From Naegleria gruberi (taxonomy: Eukaryota): a DNA stretch of 64,000 bases. The notes below the pieces were generated by a model. That model made no database searches. It was given only the letters and a program-made list of their open reading frames with translations, and was not told the DNA's origin. A program made the translations under genes and the position numbers. The stretch is taken from the NCBI GenBank assembly GCA_000004985.1, contig GG738891.1; one strand, written 5' to 3'. Below are positions 9,443-19,599 of this stretch, one piece after another; positions within the stretch are counted from its first letter, which is position 1, and every line of letters begins with the position of its first letter.

Positions 9443-11299
9443 TTATAACTTAGGGGTAGTGCTATTCTTTCTTACAGTAATTTCCTCATTTAGGTTTTCT
9501 TGTATGCATGCTAAAATCTTAGATTTGTTTTCAATGGCATAAAATTGTGACATTAAGTGAATTTGTTGAATTGGAGAATAGATTCTTATATTAATTCTTG
9601 CTTGAACTAGATCAAACCAATTAATGGAAGGGGGTGGAGCTAGAATTCCTGTAGTATATTCAGCAAGTGATTTCTCATCAATACTCCAATTATGTCTATA
9701 AATTTCTTTCCATATAACATCAGACTTGGCAGATTCGTACCAATGTCTACAAACAGAGAAACATGTCAATAAATCAGGTATATCCAAAAAGAGGAATATA
9801 TACACTAGGGAATCTGTAGTAATACGTCTATTGAGTTCACCATTATTCTTCTTTGATCCTTGCTTAATTGTAAGTTTAAATCCTTCAATGCATTGCATTA
9901 AATAGTCAGATGAAATATATATACAATTATCAGAATTATTTGAGAAGGTTTTCTGAATATTTTGTAAACTTAATACTTGAGTGTCTGATCCTACTGGAAG
10001 TGTGACAATCTTTCTATGTTTGGGTTTGCTTTGAATGACAACAGGTTTTTCTTCTTCTGGCACATACTCATCATCGTCAGCTTTTCTCTTTCTTTTACCT
10101 TTTCCAGTTCCAACAATTGTTAGTTCAGATTCCTCATCCATCATCTGATCTGCATCATCTGTACTTGATTGAGGTGCACTTGGAAGTGGTTTAGTTCTTG
10201 GTCTACCTCTTCCTCTCTTCTTTTCCACTTGTGGTGGTGATGGAGGTGGTAGTTCAACACTTGATGAGGCAGAAGCTACAATTGTTTGTACAGTTGCTTC
10301 CAAAGGAGGTGCTGGTTTTTTCTTGTTGGAAGAACCTTTTGGACGACCTCTACTCCTCTTTCCTTGTTTTTCAGGTGTTGAAACATTAGTAGATGTTGTT
10401 GTGGCAGCTGCTTCCAATGATGTTTGTGTGTTTGTCAATTGTGAAGAGGTTGCAGATTCCTCAGTGCCAGTAGTACTACTACTAGAAGATGATGGTTTGC
10501 TTTCATCAGTTGCTTTAAGAGATTCGGAAACAAGATGGCCTGCATCATTGTACTTGATAAAAGGTCTCACTCCCTGTTGGGCTCCTGTACCAGGATCTAA
10601 AAAGCCTACATTAGTGGAATATTTAATACCACAAGCATTACATAATGTTCCTGTTCCAAGAGGTCCCTTTCTCCAAGTAGGAGTATCCATACATCCACAA
10701 TTAGAGCAAACAGCCTTCGCTTGAATTCTCTTCACTTTCAATGAAGAAACAATAGAATCTCTTTCACCTTCTGCCAATTGTACAATTTCACCCTTCTTGC
10801 CAGGCTTCTTTTTCTTTTGGTGTTCTTCTGTGGTTGCTGTTGGTACTGTTGTGGATGCATCCTTGTCCCAAATTAATTGTAGTGTGGTTGGTGCCTCTGT
10901 ATTGATTGTTGTTGGTGGTAAATTGTTACAAGGAAGGGAGGAAGAGGCTGGATCTTGTCTGCCAACTTGTCCTCCTGAGGCTGAAAATACATTGGGAATA
11001 ACAGATGATCCATTCACAACACTACTAATAGAACCCTTCTCGGCACTAGAGGTTAATTGATCCAGAATACTACCGAGTGTTATTTCATTGGTGTTATCTG
11101 AGGTCATCCCGACAATCCCTGGCGTGTTAGTATCAACAGATGAAGCAGTTAGGGGTGTACTAGACTCTTGAACCTCTAGTTTGACTGTAGAAGATGACAA
11201 CACGTCTACAGCTGCTGGACTAACAGTGTTAGCCTCCTGAGTTGTTGAAGGAGGATGATTCAGCTGTGTTTCTTCTTGGTTTTCGGAGGCGAGGCTCAT
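9443..11299 (-). CDS. GATA-type zinc-finger protein with two AT-hooks and a C-terminal F-box-like motif.
   Basis: The GATA zinc finger reads CSNCGCMDTPTWRKGPLGTGTLCNACG. The AT-hooks are KRSRGRPKGS and KRGRGRPRTKP. The C-terminus reads DIPDLLTCFSVCRHWYESAKSDVIWKEIYRHNW, which is F-box-like. The track start is GTG. A real ATG (MSLASENQ) sits at 11299 after an A-run. Confidence 0.6.
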   Translation of the reverse strand: MSLASENQEETQLNHPPSTTQEANTVSPAAVDVLSSSTVKLEVQESSTPLTASSVDTNTPGIVGMTSDNTNEITLGSILDQLTSSAEKGSISSVVNGSSVIPNVFSASGGQVGRQDPASSSLPCNNLPPTTINTEAPTTLQLIWDKDASTTVPTATTEEHQKKKKPGKKGEIVQLAEGERDSIVSSLKVKRIQAKAVCSNCGCMDTPTWRKGPLGTGTLCNACGIKYSTNVGFLDPGTGAQQGVRPFIKYNDAGHLVSESLKATDESKPSSSSSSTTGTEESATSSQLTNTQTSLEAAATTTSTNVSTPEKQGKRSRGRPKGSSNKKKPAPPLEATVQTIVASASSSVELPPPSPPQVEKKRGRGRPRTKPLPSAPQSSTDDADQMMDEESELTIVGTGKGKRKRKADDDEYVPEEEKPVVIQSKPKHRKIVTLPVGSDTQVLSLQNIQKTFSNNSDNCIYISSDYLMQCIEGFKLTIKQGSKKNNGELNRRITTDSLVYIFLFLDIPDLLTCFSVCRHWYESAKSDVIWKEIYRHNWSIDEKSLAEYTTGILAPPPSINWFDLVQARINIRIYSPIQQIHLMSQFYAIENKSKILACIQENLNEEITVRKNSTTPKL

Positions 11300-11562
11300 T
11301 TTTTTAATTAAAAATAATAAAATATTTGTGATGATGATAGAAAATTGTTCATCAAAGGACAACCTGTTGTGATCTTTGTTGTAACTTGAATGGAACACAA
11401 TTTTAGATTAATGGATTGTGTTTATTTTGTGGTGGTTGTACTGTGTCGGATGATCGTATTGCAAGACTTTCATTATCTAACTTTTGTCATTTTCAAATAT
11501 GTTGATTATTATTGCAATGTTGAACACAATTTGGATGAGAACAAGGATTAGATTCTTTCTTG

Positions 11563-12831
11563 ATGATGGAAAGAGAAAGAAGTGAACTTGCTATTACAAT
11601 AAAGTTTAAAAAAATGACTTCGGCTCTGCAGCCAGGGAAAATGCTCAGCAACAATAACCAAACATCAAGTTGTTGCCCACCATCTTCTCAGTTGCAGCAT
11701 CAGCAAGGAGGTACAATGACTATCGGAAGAATGTCTTCAGTGGCCAATCATCATAAACGTGGTGGAGCTAATAGCAATGGAAAGAGAGGACTGAACATGA
11801 CTACAACAAGAATAAATCAACAGAAAGAAATTAATGATGGAGAGGGTATGAGAGATGATTCATCTCTCATTAATCAGAAGCTTCAAAATAGTAGTAATGA
11901 TAATAATAATTCGGAAAGGGAGAAGGAAACAATTGTTAATTCAGATCGTTTGAGATTATTGCTTTTTAATCATAAAAGCAGAAATACAATTTATAATAAT
12001 TCTCTAAATAAGCAACAAGTAACTGTTAAGAACTTGGTCCATGTCGGTGTTGAACAACAGCCAGCAAAAAAATATAATCATTCTCAATCAGAAAAATCAG
12101 ACAATTGTTTTGATGAAGGAAATCAAGAGAAAATTAATAGTACTGTGGAAGAAATGAATTCTATTATAAAACCGAAATGGTTAAAATCTATTGTGGATAA
12201 TCAGTGCGATTTGGGTTTTGTGAAGGAAAATGGAAATTGTACAAATATGAATCATTACCCAAAGATAAGGGAAAATAATTCTTTTATGGATACCAAATCA
12301 AAGAAAGTTTCAAAAGAGTCAATTAATGTGAAAAAGAAGAATGGTTCCAATAGGAAAATTGAAAGGACAGAAAAATCCTTTAATAATGTAATGTTGGAGT
12401 TATTCAAAGAAAGGTCAACCGAAATACAACCTCCACAAGATATTCAAAGTAATGACACAATGTTTACAAAGCTAACCAAGTCGTGGAATAGATTCTTATT
12501 CTGGTGGATTAAATGGAAGAGGGATTTCACCACCAACACCATTCACCAATTTTTGAGTTCATATGATCCAGTGATGAGGACATTTGAGTGTGTTTTCATA
12601 TTTTTCGAAACTTTTAGAATACCCTATCCTATTCGATATGCTGTTCATCGAATCAGACACTTTTTATATTTGATATTTCAATTTGTGTGGACATCCACAT
12701 TTCTCTTTGAGGAAAATTCAGAATTTGAACGTGAGCTTTTATCTCACAACAATAGAAGAAACGACTCTCAAATCTACAATGCCGATCCAAGATATTATTA
12801 CGATGATGTAAATTACTATTCACAAAATTAA
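11563..12831 (+). CDS. Hypothetical Asn/Ser-rich protein with a hydrophobic Trp/Phe-rich C-terminal region.
   Basis: Long ORF with ATG ATG at 11563. Poly-N and poly-S low complexity. C-terminal segment WNRFLFWWIKWKRD...FIFFETFRIPYPIRY. No known domain recognised. Confidence 0.35.
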   Translation: MMERERSELAITIKFKKMTSALQPGKMLSNNNQTSSCCPPSSQLQHQQGGTMTIGRMSSVANHHKRGGANSNGKRGLNMTTTRINQQKEINDGEGMRDDSSLINQKLQNSSNDNNNSEREKETIVNSDRLRLLLFNHKSRNTIYNNSLNKQQVTVKNLVHVGVEQQPAKKYNHSQSEKSDNCFDEGNQEKINSTVEEMNSIIKPKWLKSIVDNQCDLGFVKENGNCTNMNHYPKIRENNSFMDTKSKKVSKESINVKKKNGSNRKIERTEKSFNNVMLELFKERSTEIQPPQDIQSNDTMFTKLTKSWNRFLFWWIKWKRDFTTNTIHQFLSSYDPVMRTFECVFIFFETFRIPYPIRYAVHRIRHFLYLIFQFVWTSTFLFEENSEFERELLSHNNRRNDSQIYNADPRYYYDDVNYYSQN

Positions 12832-13144
12832 TTTAAGATTATAAGATATAATAAGAAAATTGGTAGTATTAATATGAATTAGTTTATGCTCAACGTTAAT
12901 AGCTAAAGTAATAGAAAATATATTGAGAATAGGGAAGAACGCCTTTTATTAACGTTAAATATTTAAAAAAAATATTTTAAGGAAACTCAAAGCCTTAGAA
13001 AATTTCTAACCGACGAAAATTTTCATCCCTCAATCAAGCGTTCTATCATTGTGATTATTATATATATTGCGTGTATATTTATACTGTTGGAAATTGTAGG
13101 ACCAATCCGTTGATGATCTAATATTCACTCACAATTCGAGGAAA

Positions 13145-14173
13145 ATGATAAGCAACAACAAGTTACCATCATCCATATTATTATCATCATCTTCAAATTC
13201 TAATAACAATAACATTTCAACAACACCACGAGGGGAAATGCTTACCATCAATGATTTGCAATCACCTTCTCCGAATAGATCTGGAAGAGTAGCCTCTTCG
13301 GGTTTATTATTGGCAACATCAACTCCTCCTCCCCTCAATATTTCAAAGAAGCTGAATAATTCAACGATGGGTTTAGCAAATAGTAATAATAATAGCAACA
13401 ACAATAGTAGCAACAATAGTGCTCGTGTGAGTCCCCTCGTTGAAAGATTGAATGCAGTTAAGAACACAGCCCAATCATTTAATGGAGGATTAATGGAAGA
13501 TTTAAATTCTAGGAAGGAAGTAGAACAAACCAAAGTGTACGAACTAAGAGATACTGTATCTAGATTGGAGAAGGATTTGACTATGGAAATGAGGAAGAGA
13601 GCAGATGGAGACAAGGTCTTACAAACAATGTGTGATAACAAGATAAATACTATACAGGATTTGATAGAGAAGAAAATGTCTGAAAAGTTTTCTCAAATGC
13701 AACAAACTGTTGATACTCTCACTAAACGTGTTCTAAGTCTGGAAAAGTGTTTGGCTGAGGAGAAGGATTATTCATCCAAGTTTTCAACCTCTATGAAATC
13801 TGGTGTTTTGGGACAATTGGAAGAACTCAGAAATCTAGTTGAGGACGAAAGATTGAATCGATTGGATAGAGAATCTCAAATGATGAGAAAGTTCAATGAT
13901 GAATATTACAAACTCTCTCAAAAGTTAGACACTGAAAAGAAATCTAGGGAAATATTTATGAATTCCACACGTGAGGAAATTGAAAGAATTGAACAAGCTA
14001 AGGCCAAAATTGATCAGGACTTTAGAGCTCAACTCTTTGAAGAAATTGATTCGATTCGTGATGAAATCAAAGTTGAAAAGGAACAACGAGAAATTGTCGA
14101 TGAGCAAATAGTTTCTTCCTTAGATACGATTATCAAGGAAGTCCACGACTCTCTCAGATTAGTTACTAAATAA
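13145..14173 (+). CDS. Coiled-coil protein, 342 aa, with an Asn/Ser-rich N-terminus.
   Basis: ATG at 13145. The C-terminal 230 aa show strongly heptad-like charged patterning (EKDL, EKCLAEEKD, ELRNLVEDERLNRLDRE). Confidence 0.4.
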   Translation: MISNNKLPSSILLSSSSNSNNNNISTTPRGEMLTINDLQSPSPNRSGRVASSGLLLATSTPPPLNISKKLNNSTMGLANSNNNSNNNSSNNSARVSPLVERLNAVKNTAQSFNGGLMEDLNSRKEVEQTKVYELRDTVSRLEKDLTMEMRKRADGDKVLQTMCDNKINTIQDLIEKKMSEKFSQMQQTVDTLTKRVLSLEKCLAEEKDYSSKFSTSMKSGVLGQLEELRNLVEDERLNRLDRESQMMRKFNDEYYKLSQKLDTEKKSREIFMNSTREEIERIEQAKAKIDQDFRAQLFEEIDSIRDEIKVEKEQREIVDEQIVSSLDTIIKEVHDSLRLVTK

Positions 14174-14283
14174 AAGAAACAAACCTGTACTTCATTGATA
14201 CAGTATTTTACTAATGATATTTTTGATATCTAAGCTTTTCAATATTTCAACAAGATTCGATTACATTGCAATGGCATTTCCAG

Positions 14284-15531
14284 ATGGCGACAATGGCGAC
14301 TTTTTTATCAAAATTAGAAAACCTTCCATACCAGTTTGTATTTAAATTTACTAATCTCTCCAAGCAAAGATATCCAAAAAGTTCTTCAAAAAAAATGTCA
14401 TCAATACTCCACCTAGTTTTTAGATCAATTTTTAGAGTCTCTGTTTGGTGTTATGGTTGTTATCGATTTGTCACTGGTGCCTCGTCATCATCAAATAGTG
14501 ATGTCTCCTCGGAAACCTTGCTATGGAATAAATTTATATCTGCTGGAATGGATATCAAGTTTGAAGAGGTTGAAAAGTTCAGACAACAGTCCAGAACACT
14601 CATTCCTATCATGTTTGCTCCAATGGATAATTCTCTATTCGGATGTGCTGATAAAATTGAAAAAATTGAAGAATTGAGAGGTTCCTATTGGATTTCATTG
14701 GAAAAGAAACAGGGAGCAGTTATGGTATTTATGCATGGAGGTGGATTCATCTCTGGTCATCCAATTGGAATGGATTGTCAATCGATAGTGTATGCTTTAA
14801 AGGATTTCAATAAGAAGAATTCGACAACTCAAAAATGTAGTCACGTCTTGTCAGTTGAATATAGATTATGTGATGATCCAAATAATAAGGATAGAATGGA
14901 TAGAAATTTGTGTACAGATAATTTGAATGATCAATTGGAGGATTGTTATGAAGCTTTCAGATGGTTGATAGAGGAGAAGGGAATTAAGGCAAGTAATATT
15001 GTGCTTGCTGGTTATTCTGCTGGTGCTACACATGCTGCAATGCTAGTTTTGAAAAAGTTGATGAATAGTGAAAATCCAGAAATGTGGCCAATTCGATCAG
15101 TTGCCATGTGTTCAGCTTCATGTGATCTCTCCAATCGAATTGTTAACTCTGATGAGAAAAAAGCTGGTGGAGTAACAATTATTCATCAAGGTTTGAGAAA
15201 TCTCATTACCAAGTGCGTTCCACAAGAAGAAAAGGACAAGTACTCTTTGATAGGAACAATGAATGAAATGGAAAAACAAGATTCTTCCTTCTTTTCTAAA
15301 GTATTAAGCACCAAATGGATTGTCAATTATAGTAGTGATGAAGAATTGGCAGCTTCCAATTTATATCTTGTGGATAAATTGCAAATGAAAGCTCAGGAGT
15401 TGAATCTACCAGATCATCAAGTTGTAGAAATTGCTGAACCAAACCAAATGCATTGCTATTTAGTTGGTTATTCTGTTCTTCAAGTTGCCAAACAATCAAT
15501 GAGCAGATTCCTTGAAAATGCCTTCAATTAA
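14284..15531 (+). CDS. Alpha/beta-hydrolase fold-3 esterase/lipase (arylacetamide deacetylase / HSL-like).
   Basis: Oxyanion-hole motif HGGG (VMVFMHGGGFISG). Nucleophile elbow GxSxG (LAGYSAGATHAA). The track start is TTG and the first ATG is at 14284. Confidence 0.55.
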   Translation: MATMATFLSKLENLPYQFVFKFTNLSKQRYPKSSSKKMSSILHLVFRSIFRVSVWCYGCYRFVTGASSSSNSDVSSETLLWNKFISAGMDIKFEEVEKFRQQSRTLIPIMFAPMDNSLFGCADKIEKIEELRGSYWISLEKKQGAVMVFMHGGGFISGHPIGMDCQSIVYALKDFNKKNSTTQKCSHVLSVEYRLCDDPNNKDRMDRNLCTDNLNDQLEDCYEAFRWLIEEKGIKASNIVLAGYSAGATHAAMLVLKKLMNSENPEMWPIRSVAMCSASCDLSNRIVNSDEKKAGGVTIIHQGLRNLITKCVPQEEKDKYSLIGTMNEMEKQDSSFFSKVLSTKWIVNYSSDEELAASNLYLVDKLQMKAQELNLPDHQVVEIAEPNQMHCYLVGYSVLQVAKQSMSRFLENAFN

Positions 15532-15657
15532 TAAACCTGTACATACTCCTTTTTATTCTAATAAGATATTAAGAAAAGTTTGTTGGACCATTTTTAGCTA
15601 CCTTAGCACCTTAACAAGGATAATCATTATTTATAATTTTGATGTTGATGTATGTAA

Positions 15658-15728
15658 TCGGGTGTGGTATAGTGGTAGCATTCCAGACTGTCACTCTGGC
15701 GACCCGGGTTCAATTCCCGGCACTCGAG
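15658..15728 (+). tRNA. tRNA-Asp (anticodon GUC).
   Basis: TCGGGTGTGGTATAGTGGTAGCATTCCAGACTGTCACTCTGGCGACCCGGGTTCAATTCCCGGCACTCGAG. The acceptor stem TCGGGTG/CACTCGA includes a G-T wobble. The anticodon loop is CTGTCAC. The sequence is very similar to metazoan and fungal tRNA-Asp. Confidence 0.85.
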
Positions 15729-16358
15729 TAACAATTTTATTTTATCCAGTTTATTTCTTTTTTTTTGTTTACGATTTTTATGTGTAATGTACTCCAGATA
15801 TCTTACTTCTTAAGTACGTTTTTATTTTTTAAAATTCTTTTTATTTCCATTTTTGGAAACCTCGGCTTGAAGGTCATTTTTTTTACATCCAAACTAGCTG
15901 AGTATTTTGGTAAATTCAAATTATTTTTTTAAACTACTTGATTTGTGTTTGAAAGAGTATGAAAAATGTCTCTTCTGTTACTTTCACCAACACTAGTAAT
16001 CGAGTTAAATCCTATCACCTTCCTCTAATCTCTGATATAAAAGCAGAGAAATTCAAAACATCCTTTTCCAAATAACAAGCTTCATCGAATTCATTAAACC
16101 ACTTTGGTTGCATTTCTCTTTTTTATTAGATTGATGAATTTTCAATCAAAAATCCTTGATAATTAGTTATGGCTTGGTCACATCCAGGGATTTGGATTTT
16201 ACTATTCATCATTTAATAATGATTAATTAAAAAGTAACCCAATAAACACAAAATTATAAGTTGACCCACTTGTTTTTGTACTATTTCCTCTTTTGTCAAT
16301 TAACATTTTGAGAAAATCATTAAAAAATAAAAATTCAAAATAACCAATTTTAAACAAA

Positions 16359-16753
16359 ATGAAAAAACTATCAATAACAAGCAAACTATTTACAAAGAAG
16401 TGGAAATTTTCCCAAAATCAAGTTCGATTTGTTCAAGTAAGTTTCAAACCCCAAATTAATTCACACAATAATCTCTGTTTTTGACAATGAAACTCACACA
16501 GACCGCATTGGTCACTGAGGAGGGAGATCGATTTGAACAGGAGGTTCAAAAAACACTCAAGGGAGATGTTGCCAAAACCATAATTGACTATCAAGGATGG
16601 AATGAAACTTTAGGATCATCCAGTGAGGCAATCGTTAAAGCAGAACGTTCAGAACAATTGAATGGACCAACGATGGAAGACCTTCAAAAACAAACCATTG
16701 AATTTCTTCATGAGAGAGAGGATAAGAAACAATATCCATTCGATAAAGAATAA
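16359..16753 (+). CDS. Small two-exon protein of about 110 aa with a basic, presequence-like N-terminus. Function unknown. Exons are 16359..16436 and 16502..16753.
   Basis: The ATG exon reads MKKLSITSKLFTKKWKFSQNQVRFVQ. It ends at a GTAAGT donor. A 65-nt intron ends in CACAG and joins in frame to TALVTEEGDRFEQEV...KQYPFDKE. Exon 2 has a visibly higher GC codon choice (gag, gga, cag, ctc) than its neighbours. Confidence 0.3.
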
Positions 16754-17035
16754 TCAATATGGAGATGAAATAAATTATTGTTCTACCTATTTCAAGCTCG
16801 AGAAAGGGATTTTTATTGAACATGAAAAGAACACGAATTGAGTATGAGAGATTATGAAGATATTCTGGTTAGGGATGATACAATACTTTAAATATCAAAG
16901 TTTATCCTCTTCAAATAGTAGTGCTGAGCTACTTAGTTGATTTTGTGACCATTAACTGAAATGTTACCATACTTGTAAATAATGACAAACAGAATAATGA
17001 AAGTAACGATACTACATGCAAGGAAACAGAAAAAC

Positions 17036-17852
17036 AATCCCAAACCAATAGCTCCAAACTATTACAATTTCAAATTCTGATCTACTTACTTTTCTTCCTC
17101 TACTGCTATACTTGGTACGATTTCTTGTAATGAAAAAGAGAACAATCCAAATGATTGGCAAACAAAATCCACCCAAGAATAACAAAAAGGCCATGTCATC
17201 ATTCTTGTTCATTTCAGAATTTTCATTTGGCATGAGTATTTCATTTGGTCTATTTTCTGTGAGTGAATGCTGAGTTTTCAATTGCTTACTTACTGGTAAT
17301 TGGTTTGAGAAGGGTAACCATTATTGTGAACGAGTTGATCTTGCATTCGATAAATATATTTGTTTTCTATTCAAATTTGAGTTTCTACCAGTGATTAGTT
17401 TTTTTCTGATAATTGTTTCTCAAACAGAGTGAATCAAACACTTGTAGTCAATTTTGGCCATAAAACAAGTAACCCTTACAGTCAACATATTGGCATTAGA
17501 TTTCAATGTGCTGCTCTTTCTTCCTTTTTACCTTGTGTAATCGTGATACATAATTATTGGAATGTTATTGGAAGGTTACATGAATTCACAGTATTCAAAC
17601 TCTAATTCTGAAGAGATTTGAAGTTGGCGATTTCACAAATAGAGACCAATCGAGAGAGTAACACCAATTCTTATACTGATGAGAGTACATGAATCTTGGA
17701 ATAATATCACTCTTAATCATATGAAGAATGATCGAGTGAGCCTCATCGAACACGTCCATTGTTAAAACCGACAAGATATTAGAGGTCGCATGTCACGCTT
17801 CATAGTATTGTTGTGAACTTTGAAAATTCCCAAACCAATAGCTCCACACTAT
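17036..17852. repeat. Element of about 0.8 kb bounded by 27-bp near-identical direct repeats (A[A/T]TCCCAAACCAATAGCTCCA[A/C]ACTAT at 17036-17062 and 17826-17852). It contains an inverted 147-bp copy (17641-17787) of an RGS-gene exon fragment (21786-21932).
   Basis: I compared the sequences directly. The copy is about 95% identical by eye to the reverse complement of coding exon 3 of the C2-RGS gene. A further dispersed repeat GGAAGGTTACAT occurs at about 17567 and about 18131. Confidence 0.45.
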
Positions 17853-18424
17853 ATCAATAATTCATTAATTAATCATATTCAACATCTTTAACAACTTACC
17901 TCTATCACCAGTCAATAAGGCATTTTGTCTTAACATTTGTTATAGTTTCGAAATTGCAGCAATCATCTGATACGTTTCCATAATGAGCATGTTAATATAT
18001 AGATCAGTACTTAAATGCTGACACTTGGTTAGGATAACAAATAGATTCCTTTTCAATTTTACAAATAAGGGATTGTAAAAATTATGTCATAACACCTATA
18101 GTCTATTATAGCACAGATTTGCTTTCTGACTAGAATGTTTTTGGAAGGTTACATACTTCTCCAGTGCTTTGAACCCTTGCTCTCAGTGTATTCATAATAT
18201 TCTTGTTATTAATTTCAACATTTAGTGAGCTGGTTAAACTTTTCATCAAAGAGGGGTAGAGCAGTACTTATTAATGAATATAGGTCAATACTATTTGTTA
18301 ATATTGAATCAAGAAAAGCATTGAAAATATTGTGGACTAAACCAAACTTTTGTTTACAAAAAATCAATCTGATCCTCTTTACTTATACAAATTGAATTAT
18401 TTGTACTTGTATATTATACATCAA

Positions 18425-19051
18425 TTATTCCTTAGTAAATTTACCATAAATAACTTTGGCATCATTGAAATCATCAACAACAACCTTTGAAGTAACATGC
18501 TTAACACCATCCTTTTCAACTTCTCTATATTTCAATGAACCTCTAATAGAGACAATGACACCCTTCTTGAAGAATTTAGTGGCAACCTTTGCCAAAACTG
18601 GATTGAAGGAAACTACACTGTGGAATGTAGATTGTTCTTCAATATTTTCACCCTTCTTAATTCTCTCCGAGGTAACAACAGTCAAACCAGTAAAAGTTCC
18701 ACCATTTGCAATTTCCTTTATAACAGCATCAGAAGCAAGAGTACCAATAAGATGAACAGAATTGACTGATCCTCTAATTTGGAAAGTTTGTCCTTCTTCT
18801 TGAGAAGGTGCTGGCTTTGAAGATACATTTGTCTTTTTGTATGAAGAATTTGATGATGATGAATAAGAAGGAGTATCACTATTTGATGATGAAGAGGATG
18901 AAGTTGTTGTTGTTGGTTTAACGCTCACTCTTCTGGTAACATCGGAGAGGGTTTGGCTTGTGTGATAGGAACAAGCAGAAGAAGCGAATTGATGGTGGTG
19001 GTGATACAAGGCTGAAGATCTGTTGCCAATAATTGAAATTCTCTTTAACAT
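18425..19051 (-). CDS. Mitochondrial single-stranded DNA-binding protein (bacterial-type SSB OB-fold) with an N-terminal targeting and low-complexity region.
   Basis: The OB-fold blocks match bacterial and mitochondrial SSB: NSVHLIGTLASD, EEQSTFHSVVSF, KGVIVSIRGSLKYRE and HVTSKVVVD. A real ATG at 19051 follows an A-run. The N-terminus is S/T-rich and basic. Confidence 0.7.
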   Translation of the reverse strand: MLKRISIIGNRSSALYHHHHQFASSACSYHTSQTLSDVTRRVSVKPTTTTSSSSSSNSDTPSYSSSSNSSYKKTNVSSKPAPSQEEGQTFQIRGSVNSVHLIGTLASDAVIKEIANGGTFTGLTVVTSERIKKGENIEEQSTFHSVVSFNPVLAKVATKFFKKGVIVSIRGSLKYREVEKDGVKHVTSKVVVDDFNDAKVIYGKFTKE

Positions 19052-19599
19052 TTTTTTAATTTTTTAAATTTTCCAAAGTTGAGCGGGAGAGTTTCATATC
19101 CTCGGAATTGATGAAATGATGATGATATTGATGATGGAATGAATAGGATGAGATTATTCATAGGAATGTATCAATAAGGTCTCATTCCGATTAAATTAAT
19201 TTTTCATCAAATCAATTATTAAAATTTCAGAGATGATGAAGAACAAAGTAATCTTTCCTTTCATCAAACATCTTTTCAACTGCAAGCAAATATCATTCTC
19301 TTTGCATATAAACTAATAGAAAATGAAAAGATCAAGATAGCCGTTGCCAACTGCAGTTGTTGTTTCCAAATAGAAAAAAATGGGCAACGTGAACAAGCAA
19401 TTGGATCGTCATCAATTGTTTGATATTCAAAAGAGAACAACCTGTAGGTAGAAGAATTATTGTTACTTTAAATGTATCTAATTTATTGTTGCTCCTATCA
19501 TGATCTTTTGGATTTTTAAATTCCGATACTTGTTCATGAATTATAATAATATTAATTTTAATAATGGGAATTTAATCATGATAATTTAATTTGGATAAT

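Noticed and set aside
13129-13641. Minus-strand 170-aa ORF with poly-Leu, and a similar one at 49222-49491.
   Set aside because: They are the antisense of poly-Asn (AAT/AAC)n coding tracts of the coiled-coil gene and PanK.
13145-14173. Calling the coiled-coil protein an SF-assemblin or flagellar-rootlet component.
   Set aside because: It is suggestive only because of the CFAP20-domain neighbour. I could not recall or match any family-specific motif.
15540-16350. Searched the AT-rich intergenic stretches (15540-16350, 23500-24400, 44640-45700) for snRNA or 5S motifs such as U6 CTTCGGCAGCACA and U2 GGCCTTTTGGCTAAG.
   Set aside because: No matches were seen by eye. No RNA gene is claimed there.
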